From: Allobaculum fili
GTDB lineage: Bacteria > Bacillota_I > Bacilli_A > Erysipelotrichales > Erysipelotrichaceae
Assembly (NCBI RefSeq): GCF_020969955.1
Contig: NZ_JAHDSX010000032.1
Span: forward strand, 1 to 28,203
Length of the DNA stretch: 28,203 nt
Reading direction: 5' to 3'
The notes beneath the pieces were generated by a model. The model saw only the letters and a program-made list of their open reading frames with translations, ran no database searches and was not told the origin of the DNA. Within the stretch, counting starts at the first letter, position 1. Every line of letters begins with the position of its first letter. Made by a program: the position numbers and the translations under genes. Below, piece after piece: positions 6,600-14,591 of this stretch.

Positions 6600-8312
6600 C
6601 TAAAGCGCATCCAGAAGCGCCTGTGTTTGCGGAAGATCCAGATGCAGCGTATAGCCCCAGGGTGCTTCGATCGTTGGCGATGTAATCAGCCAGACTACGG
6701 GGATGCCCTGAGCCATCTCTTCGGGAGGAAACTGTGCGTAGCCGTCCGTAAAGATCAGAATCATTGCCGGAAGCTGCTCAAACAGTTCATTCATCCGATC
6801 AAAGATCGGCTCAAAGCTCGTTCCCCCGCCGCCCCGGACGGATAGAAATTCGATATCTTCGTATTTCGAAAACGGGATCGGGCGTGAAAGAAAGATATCG
6901 AAAAACGAAATGTACCCTTCGACGGAGTCAATCTGCTGGATCATGGATCGAATCTCATTAATGAATTCTTCCAGTTCCCATTCGAAGACGGAACCGCTGA
7001 CATCGACCACAACCCAGATGTTTTCGACCGCATTTCCGCTCAGATCGTCTAAATAGCCGGGCAGAATCGCCGGTCCCTTCATCCGCCGATCGGGTCTGGA
7101 AAAGGAATAGTCCGCAATATTGTGATGGAAAAGCTGACTGAGAATCGTCAGCCAGTCTACCTTTCCTTCGTCTTCCAGAGCTTTAATGTAGCGTTCCATG
7201 GTTCCAGGCAGAGAGCCGGTCTGTCTGGCCCATTCCGCTTCTTCTTCAATAGCTTTTGACCACTGAATTTCGAGTGAAGAGAAGTCTTCAATTTCTTTCC
7301 AGGCATCATGAGAATCCACTGCGGGATGATCGAATACTTCCATGAACGGGTCGTTCTGATGCATTACGGGCTTTCTGGTAGTCGATTCAACCTCAGACGG
7401 GATTTCGGGTGTGTTGTGCTGAAATGGCTGCAGAGCAGACGGTTCCTCTTCTTCCAGCTCTTCCTGAATTTCGGATTTACGCGAAGAATTCGAAAGCTCT
7501 GGATTTGAATTTTGAAGATTGGATTCTTTTCTGTTGCCCAGATTCGGTTTTCGAACCGATAGAATGCTGGAGGATACGTTTTGTTTTGGATCAGAAGAGG
7601 AATCTTCTTCGTCTTCTTCTGACTCCTCTTTTGAGGAGCTGTTTTCCTCTGGTCTGGATTCGTTTTGGACCGCTTGATCATCTTCCGTCTGATTATTACG
7701 GTCTATCGTCTGGTCCATTTCGTCGGAAGTACCCTTCTGGCTTTCTTCGTTATCCGACTTCCCTGCCCGCCCCCTCTGTTCAGTTTGTGAATCTTCGTCT
7801 TCGGGAGTCAAACCGCTGTCCGAAGAACTTTGCGAATCGAAATCCTTTGGAAGCTGATCGAGCAGCTGTTTATACACTTCTTCCGCGGTATGGACGCGTC
7901 CAGGAAGACCGTCTGGCGCGATGCACATCACCGGCTGATTTTCGAACAGAATGGTGTGGAGATGGAGCTCTTCAAGCGCTACGGAGTTCACAACGATATC
8001 GCAGGCAATTTGAAACAGATCAAAATTCATCGTTCCTGCCCGCAGCGGATGACCGAGCGCACAGTGCAGAATTTCATGAAGCAAAACGAATTCGAGCTGT
8101 TCATCATCGATTTCATCGACGAATTCCGGGTCAAAGAGAATCTGTTCCATGTTGGTCATAGCGGTTTTGCAGGGAGCAAAGGCAAAAGGCGTTCGCAGAA
8201 GCAGTCGGCCATAAAACGGAGTTTTCCCTAACAAAGACCTCCTGGCCAGCGTCAGACGGCGCGAGACGCGCATCCGCTGCTTTTTCAGGGCTTCGCGATC
8301 AGCTGTTTCCAT
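6600..8312 (-). CDS. HExxH zincin-like metallopeptidase domain + VWA domain protein (DUF2201_N/DUF2201-type MoxR partner), 570 aa
   Basis: The N-terminal domain carries LLHEILHCALGH. A ~160-aa acidic/Ser-rich linker follows. The C-terminal VWA fold has the MIDAS motif VVVDVSGS and ILIFTDGYA. The ATG overlaps the MoxR stop by 14 nt. Confidence 0.8.
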   Translation of the reverse strand: METADREALKKQRMRVSRRLTLARRSLLGKTPFYGRLLLRTPFAFAPCKTAMTNMEQILFDPEFVDEIDDEQLEFVLLHEILHCALGHPLRAGTMNFDLFQIACDIVVNSVALEELHLHTILFENQPVMCIAPDGLPGRVHTAEEVYKQLLDQLPKDFDSQSSSDSGLTPEDEDSQTEQRGRAGKSDNEESQKGTSDEMDQTIDRNNQTEDDQAVQNESRPEENSSSKEESEEDEEDSSSDPKQNVSSSILSVRKPNLGNRKESNLQNSNPELSNSSRKSEIQEELEEEEPSALQPFQHNTPEIPSEVESTTRKPVMHQNDPFMEVFDHPAVDSHDAWKEIEDFSSLEIQWSKAIEEEAEWARQTGSLPGTMERYIKALEDEGKVDWLTILSQLFHHNIADYSFSRPDRRMKGPAILPGYLDDLSGNAVENIWVVVDVSGSVFEWELEEFINEIRSMIQQIDSVEGYISFFDIFLSRPIPFSKYEDIEFLSVRGGGGTSFEPIFDRMNELFEQLPAMILIFTDGYAQFPPEEMAQGIPVVWLITSPTIEAPWGYTLHLDLPQTQALLDAL

Positions 8313-9411
8313 ACTTCTTTTTCCATTCCTTGTAGTAAGCGGAACTGATCATCGGCTTTTTCGTCGAATGAATCTGAAGCAGATCGTTGAACATGGACTG
8401 GGCAAAATCAGGCGGAAAATGCGATACATACGCAGCCAGATTATCCGCCTGCGTTACTTTTAGCGATGTTTTCCGGCTTTCCAGCTGCTTTTTCAGGGAC
8501 TGGCAGAGCGAAAAAAGATGACCGGACGTTTTGGGATACGTGCGGCATTCGCCTTTTAAAATCGCCTCCAGAGAAATGTTCAGTCCAAGCCCCTCACAAT
8601 ACGAAAGGAATTCCACAGCTGTATCGAGTCCAATTGCGGAAGCAATGAGTGCCACCATCTTCTTTGGCGGCTCGGACGGATATAGAGACAGCAGCTGGCT
8701 GACAAAAGTCCAGGTACGCGGGGATGGATAAGCGATGTCATTAATGCCTGGATCAGCGCAAAGCCGAGTCTGGTCCTGTTCCAGAAAGCCAATAATACGG
8801 GAATCGATTTGATTGGCTTCTGCCCATTTCTTCCAGTCGCGTACGCTTGGTTCGACCTGGAAATGGAGAAGACGCGAGCAGAGCGCTTTTGGCATCTGAA
8901 AAGCGACGGAGCGATCCGTTGTCCGGTTGCCGGCTGCAATGACCAGACAGTTGTCGGGCAGCTGATGCTCCCCTACTTTACGGTCCAGACACATCTGATA
9001 CGCTGCCGCCTGCATGGACTGCGGAGCGGCGGTGAGCTCATCGAGAAGCAAAATGTTAACGACATCTTCCGACGGATCCATCGCAAAGATTTTCGGCTTA
9101 AGCCAGAGGGCGCTTTCGCTGGCCGCATCGGCGACTGGAATACCGCGCAGATCGATTGGAGAAAAGAGAAGAAGACGAACATCCGTAACAACAACACGCT
9201 TGCCGGTCAGGTTTTCCACACGCTGGGCTGCCTGTCTTACGCCCTCGGATTTACCGATACCCGGCTTTCCCCAGAGAAAGACCGCTGGAACGGTATGCAG
9301 GGGCATTCCCAGTTCAATTGCGCGAATGTAAAGATCGCTCAGCCGCTCCACCAGCTCGCCGGTATAGAGCGCTGGCATTCCGCTGGATTTGTTATCGAGT
9401 TTTACAGCCAT
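8299..9411 (-). CDS. MoxR-like AAA+ ATPase (AAA_5 type), 370 aa
   Basis: Walker A is LWGKPGIGKS, Walker B is NILLLDELT, and sensor-1 is IAAGN. ATG 9411 is preceded by GGAGAGGA. An alternative ATG at 9528 would add a 39-aa Q/N-rich extension. The 488-aa track ORF overlaps the helicase gene and is unlikely. Confidence 0.85.
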   Translation of the reverse strand: MAVKLDNKSSGMPALYTGELVERLSDLYIRAIELGMPLHTVPAVFLWGKPGIGKSEGVRQAAQRVENLTGKRVVVTDVRLLLFSPIDLRGIPVADAASESALWLKPKIFAMDPSEDVVNILLLDELTAAPQSMQAAAYQMCLDRKVGEHQLPDNCLVIAAGNRTTDRSVAFQMPKALCSRLLHFQVEPSVRDWKKWAEANQIDSRIIGFLEQDQTRLCADPGINDIAYPSPRTWTFVSQLLSLYPSEPPKKMVALIASAIGLDTAVEFLSYCEGLGLNISLEAILKGECRTYPKTSGHLFSLCQSLKKQLESRKTSLKVTQADNLAAYVSHFPPDFAQSMFNDLLQIHSTKKPMISSAYYKEWKKKYGNS

Positions 9412-9550
9412 GCGTCGATCCTCTCCATTTCTATTTCTTTGCGTATAAGGTTGTGCTTCACTCTGGTTCACCGTCTGGTTTACCTGTTCGTTCTGATCGC
9501 GCAGAATCGGCACTTTCGTTGCCGGCATTTCAGCCAGCCTGCTTCTGCAA

Positions 9551-12500
9551 TCAGCTGTATGCCGCCTTTCTGGCCTCTTCTTTTGCCTGAGCTTCTTCTT
9601 CCAGAACGGCATCGATACGGGCCAGTTTTTCTTCGAGCTTTTCAATTCTGGCTTCGTGCGGGTTGCCTTTCGCCAGCTCCAGGTTTCCGTTTTCCGCGTT
9701 TTCGTTATAGCGCACAATCGCCTGTTCCGATTCGGTAATTCGATCGGACAGATGCGAAAGCGCATAGTCCAGACTCTGCAGCAGACCGGCTCCGTTCGAC
9801 GGTTTGACTTTCAGATCGTAACCATACGTCTTGTAGTGGCCATACAGCGTCAGTTCAAAGGCTCCCGGATCATAGTCGCTGGAATGGCTTGGGTTTCGAA
9901 CGATTAAAAACCCTTTGTAGTAGCCAATCTGTCTAGGAAAAGAGGTGTAGTACCAGTTATTGGAAAAGGCGCGAAGCTTGCTAAGAAGCTCATCGCCTAA
10001 CTCGTGACGCTCCTGTCGTGTCATGGGGCGATTCTTTTCCTGATACAGTTTGATATCCCGTTTCACGCGTCGAATGGCGTTTTGTTCCATCTTGATCTTT
10101 TCTGGCACCTGATCCACTTCCGCCTGAAGGTTTTGCAGCTGGCGCTGTCTCTGACGGGAGAGCGCCTTAGTTTTTTCCAGACGGTTCGCGGTTTCCACGC
10201 GTTCCTTGATCAGCGGATTGCCAATCGCCAGAGCTTTCAGTTCCGCGTAGCTCAGTACCGTATCCGCAATATCGTCCATGTCGCGGCTTTTGGAAGAGCC
10301 GGACAGGAAGGATCCGATAAAGCGCTGCTTGTTTTCGAGAAGCTGCCAGCTGTACGAGTCAAAGGTGCCTTCGGTGATATACCGGCAGATGAAGACTTCC
10401 GGCGAGGTATTTCCCTGTCGAATAATACGGCCTTCTCTTTGCACCATGTCCGCCGGTCTCCAGGGCACGGAAAGATGATGGAGAGCAACCAGCCGCTCCT
10501 GAATATTTACGCCGGTTCCAAGCTTTTCCGTTGAGCCGATAATGACTTTGATTTTGGCTTTGTTTACAGCCGCAAACAGCTTTTTGCGTGCCGCTTCGGT
10601 TGGCGCATCGTGAATAAAGGCTACTTCTTCCGGTTTAAAGCCGCGATCGATCAGCTGTTTTTTCAGTTCGTCGTAGACGTTGAATTCCTTTTTCGGGGTT
10701 CCGATGTCCGAGAACACAATCTGTGCCCGGTCCGGATACTGTTCCGCGATTTTTGCGATCTGATCGGCGCATGTGGAGATTTTCGACTGGGCGATTTCTT
10801 CTTTGGGAATATCGATGTCGAGCAGACGCAGATCGAGGGCACAGCGGCGTCCGTCATTGGTGATTTTGAGAAGATTATCGTCTTTCATCTTTACCCGATG
10901 CATACGAACCTGTTCGGTACGATCTGCCAGTACATCCAGATACGCTTCCTGAGAAGACGTCTTTTTGACCTGAATATCGGTATAGCCGCTAAATGCCGGA
11001 AGAAGATCTTCATGGGCGTCCGCGTAATGGAAGTCGCAGATGGTCGAAAAGAGCGACATGAGTTCCGGTAAATTGTGGAACGTGGAAAAGCGCGTCACTG
11101 GTCGCAGCGAAGATGCATCCACATCAACTTCAAAGTTAGTCTCACGCTGCGCAAATGTATTGATCCACTGGTCGAAGCTGGAAATCTGCAGATCTTCAAG
11201 CGCATCAGGCTGGAGATAGTTTTGCAAAACGAACAGATCCGCCAGCGAGTTGGTCAGAGGCGTGCCGGTCGAAAAAATCATGCGGTCGACGGTTTTGCAT
11301 TTCTCGACCATTTCCTTGCATTTGACCGCCCCTTCGGAATGAAGTCCGACGACATTATCGGCTTTGCAGAAGAGCGGGATGTTTTTGTATTTATGGACTT
11401 CGTCCACAAAGAGAACATCAAAATCCAGATCATCAAATCCCAGTCCGGGATTGGGATTTTCGCTCACCTTATCACGGTAGCGCTCGAGGGTTCGTGTCAT
11501 CGATTCGAGCTTGCTTTCCAGTTTGGCACGCATCGGTCCTCTTGTATTCAGCCAGCTCTGACGGACTTTCTGGATTTCCTCCTGCTGCATTTCCACCCAG
11601 TAAGAAGGCGTCATTTTAATGCGGTCAAAAATGGAATGCGGAATATAACACACTGTAAAATCCGATGTCCGGATTTTTTCCAGTGTCTCTTCTCGGTTTT
11701 TCGGTCGGAAATCCGCTGGCCCGATAGCGAGTATGTCATCTTCTGGATACAGAAGTTCATGCGCATCCAGAAATTCCTGATACACCTGGTTTGGCATTGT
11801 AATCAGAATGCGTTTGGCCAGACCGAGTCGATGCAGTTCATGCGCGCCGCAAATCATTTCGTACGTTTTTCCCGTTCCGACTTCATGGGCGAGCAGTACG
11901 TTTTCATCCGAAAGAAGGATTCGCGCGATCGCGTTGATCTGGTGCGGATACAGATGAATATCCGGGTTCAGATCTGGGAATTCGAGAAAGGTTCCGTCAA
12001 ATTCCGTCGTTCCATACGAAGAAAACTCTTCGTTATACGCCGTTTCGAGCTCTTCCATACGGTGGAGATCGGATTTGCACCAGTAAACAAACGCTTCAAT
12101 GATTTTCTGCTGCTTTTCCTGCGCTTCCTGCGTCTTTTCCTTGTTCAGAAAGGATTTCGTAACAAAGTCGCCTTTTTCGTAAACGACTTTTCGATCATAG
12201 ACTTTTACCGTTCGCGCATTCATCGTCTGTTCAATGATCTTCAAAGCGGAAATGTCCATGGTACCGTAGACCATTTCGTTCAGTACGGAAAATACTTCTC
12301 CGGATTTGAACTGAACGCGCCATAAGCCGAGCGTCGGTTCATAAATTACCGATCCTTCCATGAATACGCCCAGAAGTTCCTTAACGAAATCGGTATACAT
12401 TTCTTCTGGAATCCAGGTGGCTCCCAGCGTGATATGAATGTGTTCGATATCAATTCTGGGCGGCAGCTTGCGATCGAGCGCGTCCAGATTGGCCTGAAAA

Positions 12501-12874
12501 TAGCCCGGGCAGCGTTTCTCATAAGCATCGGCACGCATCCGTTTCTGACGGAGGTTTCCGTTCAGATAGCTTGCGGCCAGTACCCAGCCGTCACTGAGAT
12601 CGTATTCTTCCGAAATCTTCATATGATCGGGATCCTGGAAAATGCCGTGGCCGCGAAGACGTCCAATCAGCTCTTCGATGCTCAGGCCGGAAGCTTTGCT
12701 CATCCATTTGAGATCGACGCGTCCATTTTCACGAAGACTGCCGATCAGCGCATCCCCTGCAGATCCTTCTGGAATCTGTACGGAAGGATCTGGAATCTCT
12801 TCCTGGGCAGATGCCTCTTCTGACTCTTCCTCTGGATCCATATCATAAAAAAGATCCATTTCTTCATACTGCAT
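9551..12874 (-). CDS. SNF2/DExH-family helicase (1107 aa) resembling the helicase half of conjugative-element/phage methylase-helicase fusions
   Basis: Motif I is LAHEVGTGKTY, II is FVDEVHKYKN, III is STGTPLTNS and VI is QREGRIIRQGN. It has a long coiled-coil C-terminal tail. The first ATG is at 12874 (GGGGGAG lies 14 nt upstream). The track start at 12913 is a TTG. Confidence 0.85.
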   Translation of the reverse strand: MQYEEMDLFYDMDPEEESEEASAQEEIPDPSVQIPEGSAGDALIGSLRENGRVDLKWMSKASGLSIEELIGRLRGHGIFQDPDHMKISEEYDLSDGWVLAASYLNGNLRQKRMRADAYEKRCPGYFQANLDALDRKLPPRIDIEHIHITLGATWIPEEMYTDFVKELLGVFMEGSVIYEPTLGLWRVQFKSGEVFSVLNEMVYGTMDISALKIIEQTMNARTVKVYDRKVVYEKGDFVTKSFLNKEKTQEAQEKQQKIIEAFVYWCKSDLHRMEELETAYNEEFSSYGTTEFDGTFLEFPDLNPDIHLYPHQINAIARILLSDENVLLAHEVGTGKTYEMICGAHELHRLGLAKRILITMPNQVYQEFLDAHELLYPEDDILAIGPADFRPKNREETLEKIRTSDFTVCYIPHSIFDRIKMTPSYWVEMQQEEIQKVRQSWLNTRGPMRAKLESKLESMTRTLERYRDKVSENPNPGLGFDDLDFDVLFVDEVHKYKNIPLFCKADNVVGLHSEGAVKCKEMVEKCKTVDRMIFSTGTPLTNSLADLFVLQNYLQPDALEDLQISSFDQWINTFAQRETNFEVDVDASSLRPVTRFSTFHNLPELMSLFSTICDFHYADAHEDLLPAFSGYTDIQVKKTSSQEAYLDVLADRTEQVRMHRVKMKDDNLLKITNDGRRCALDLRLLDIDIPKEEIAQSKISTCADQIAKIAEQYPDRAQIVFSDIGTPKKEFNVYDELKKQLIDRGFKPEEVAFIHDAPTEAARKKLFAAVNKAKIKVIIGSTEKLGTGVNIQERLVALHHLSVPWRPADMVQREGRIIRQGNTSPEVFICRYITEGTFDSYSWQLLENKQRFIGSFLSGSSKSRDMDDIADTVLSYAELKALAIGNPLIKERVETANRLEKTKALSRQRQRQLQNLQAEVDQVPEKIKMEQNAIRRVKRDIKLYQEKNRPMTRQERHELGDELLSKLRAFSNNWYYTSFPRQIGYYKGFLIVRNPSHSSDYDPGAFELTLYGHYKTYGYDLKVKPSNGAGLLQSLDYALSHLSDRITESEQAIVRYNENAENGNLELAKGNPHEARIEKLEEKLARIDAVLEEEAQAKEEARKAAYS

Positions 12875-13379
12875 ATCCGAATCGTACGCTCCCCCTTTTC
12901 TTCTCTGGCACAAGCTTTCAAATCATCCAATCCAAAACGGTTTGCGGATTATGAATTTCGATCGGAATCGTTTCATCTCTGCATTGTTTAAATCGGATTC
13001 TCTCCTGCGCAATGCTTTATTTTCGCACGTTTTCCAGTAAAAAGGAAGACAAGGTACTCTTTCTCTGCTAACGGACTATTCGAAATTCTTCGATCGCGAT
13101 CCCCCAGTCAAAAAAAGAGCGGTTTTCATACGAAAGCAGAAAAACATTATTTCAATTTATTTTCGGAAATTGATTGCGGTGTTTCAGAAAGGCATGATGA
13201 AACACAGAAAAAATGAGACCGGATCGGACCTGCTGTATCGATCTCCCTATCGCATCCAGGCAAAGACATGAAATTTCATATCCGATCTGCCTGAACCGCT
13301 GCTTTGAACAAAGGAAAGGCTGATCGCCAGACAGGCATCTTCAGATCGTATTCGGTCATTCAGTGAAAGGAACTGCATC

Positions 13380-14354
13380 ATGACAACTCGTGTTGGTATT
13401 GTCGGTTACGGCAATCTGGGAAAAGGTACAGAAAAAGCCATTCAGGCTGCACCAGATCTTGAGCTGGCAGGCATCTTTACCCGCCGTAATCCCGAAAGTG
13501 TTCATCCCGTTTCAAATACGCCCGTCTACTCCATGGACGATCTTGAAAAATTCAAAGAAGATATCGATGTTCTGATTCTCTGCGGCGGTTCGGCTTCGGA
13601 CCTTCCCGTTCAGACTCCGCAGCTGGCTAAACTGTTTAATGTGGTGGATTCGTTCGATACGCATGCCAGAATTCCAGAACATTTTGCGAATGTAGATCAG
13701 GCCGCAAAAGAAGGCGGCAAAACCGCAGCCATTTCTATTGGCTGGGATCCAGGACTCTTCTCTCTCGTTCGTCTGCTTTCTGAATCGATTCTTCCCGACG
13801 GCGATACGTACACCTTCTGGGGCAAAGGCGTATCGCAAGGCCATTCCGATGCGATCCGCGGCATCGAAGGGGTCGTGGATGCCAGACAGTACACTGTACC
13901 GCGCAGCGAAGCGCTCGAAGCCGTTCGCGCAAACGAAAGACCTCAGCTCACTACCCGTCAGAAACATACGCGCGAATGTTATGTCGTCATCGAAGAAGGC
14001 GCCGATCCGGATCGTATCGAACAGGAAATCAAGACGATGCCAAACTACTTCAGCGATTACGATACGACGGTATACTTCATCTCTCAGGAAGAACTGAACC
14101 GCGATCATGCAAAGCTTCCCCATGGCGGATTCGTTCTGCGCAGCGGAGCAACCGGTGAGAATAAGCATCTCATCGAATTCTCACTCACTCTGGATTCCAA
14201 TCCGGAATTCACCTCCTCTGTTCTGACCGCTGTAGCGCGCGCAGTTGTCCGCATGAACAAGGAAGGTCTTACCGGCGCGAAGACAATCTTCGACATCCCG
14301 GCAAGCTACCTTTCCTGGAAAACCGGCGAAGAACTTCGTTCCACTCTTCTTTAA
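13380..14354 (+). CDS. ddh: meso-diaminopimelate D-dehydrogenase
   Basis: Full-length collinear resemblance to Corynebacterium Ddh as I remember it: VGIVGYGNLGK Rossmann start, GWDPGLFS, FWGKGVSQGHSDAIR, MPNYF and LPHGGFV. RBS is GAAAGGAA. Confidence 0.9.
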   Translation: MTTRVGIVGYGNLGKGTEKAIQAAPDLELAGIFTRRNPESVHPVSNTPVYSMDDLEKFKEDIDVLILCGGSASDLPVQTPQLAKLFNVVDSFDTHARIPEHFANVDQAAKEGGKTAAISIGWDPGLFSLVRLLSESILPDGDTYTFWGKGVSQGHSDAIRGIEGVVDARQYTVPRSEALEAVRANERPQLTTRQKHTRECYVVIEEGADPDRIEQEIKTMPNYFSDYDTTVYFISQEELNRDHAKLPHGGFVLRSGATGENKHLIEFSLTLDSNPEFTSSVLTAVARAVVRMNKEGLTGAKTIFDIPASYLSWKTGEELRSTLL

Positions 14355-14367
14355 ACATTAATTCTCA

Positions 14368-14410
14368 CCCTCTGTCTTTGGCGGACAGGGGGTATTTTTC
14401 GTTTTTTGCG
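14368..14410 (+). terminator. Rho-independent terminator of ddh
   Basis: CCCTCTGTC (14368-14376) pairs with GACAGGGGG (14384-14392), including one G-U pair. It is followed by TATTTTTCGTTTTTTG. Confidence 0.75.
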
Positions 14411-14591
14411 TTTAACCGAGCCAGAAGACTGTTCTTGAGCGAATTGTTGAAAGTGTCCCTTTCTCTTGAAATGGTAGCCGTCCCATTTCTGCGGCGCTCT
14501 TATAAGCGTATCAAGTATGCGGATTTGTTATCCTTATTAAAAATCCTCTGGGTTAAAATCCATCCTGTATAAACACCAGAAGGAAGTCTGA

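Noticed and set aside
7409-8161. 250-aa plus-strand ORF
   Set aside because: It lies entirely antisense to the motif-bearing VWA/zincin gene. It has no RBS, and its product is low-complexity, R/L/S-rich shadow sequence.
8809-9738. 309-aa plus-strand ORF
   Set aside because: It is a shadow ORF antisense to the MoxR ATPase gene, whose Walker motifs fix the true frame and strand.
9412-9765. N-terminal extension of the MoxR ORF (track start 9765)
   Set aside because: It would overlap the helicase coding end by >200 nt, and the extension is basic, low-complexity sequence. ATG 9411 has a strong RBS. For the same reason I rejected the track starts at 23199 (giant gene), 6392 (A2), 5382, 1550 and 12913 (non-ATG or lacking an RBS).
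11075-12325. 416-aa plus-strand ORF
   Set aside because: It is antisense to the helicase gene (motifs I-III lie here on the minus strand). The product is F/R/I-rich nonsense with no start context.
13080-13379. Possible lysine (L-box) riboswitch upstream of ddh
   Set aside because: I could not find the conserved L-box core elements or a terminator/antiterminator arrangement. The region shows only short unrelated hairpins.
13512-14168. 218-aa minus-strand ORF
   Set aside because: It is antisense to ddh, which is identified over its full length.
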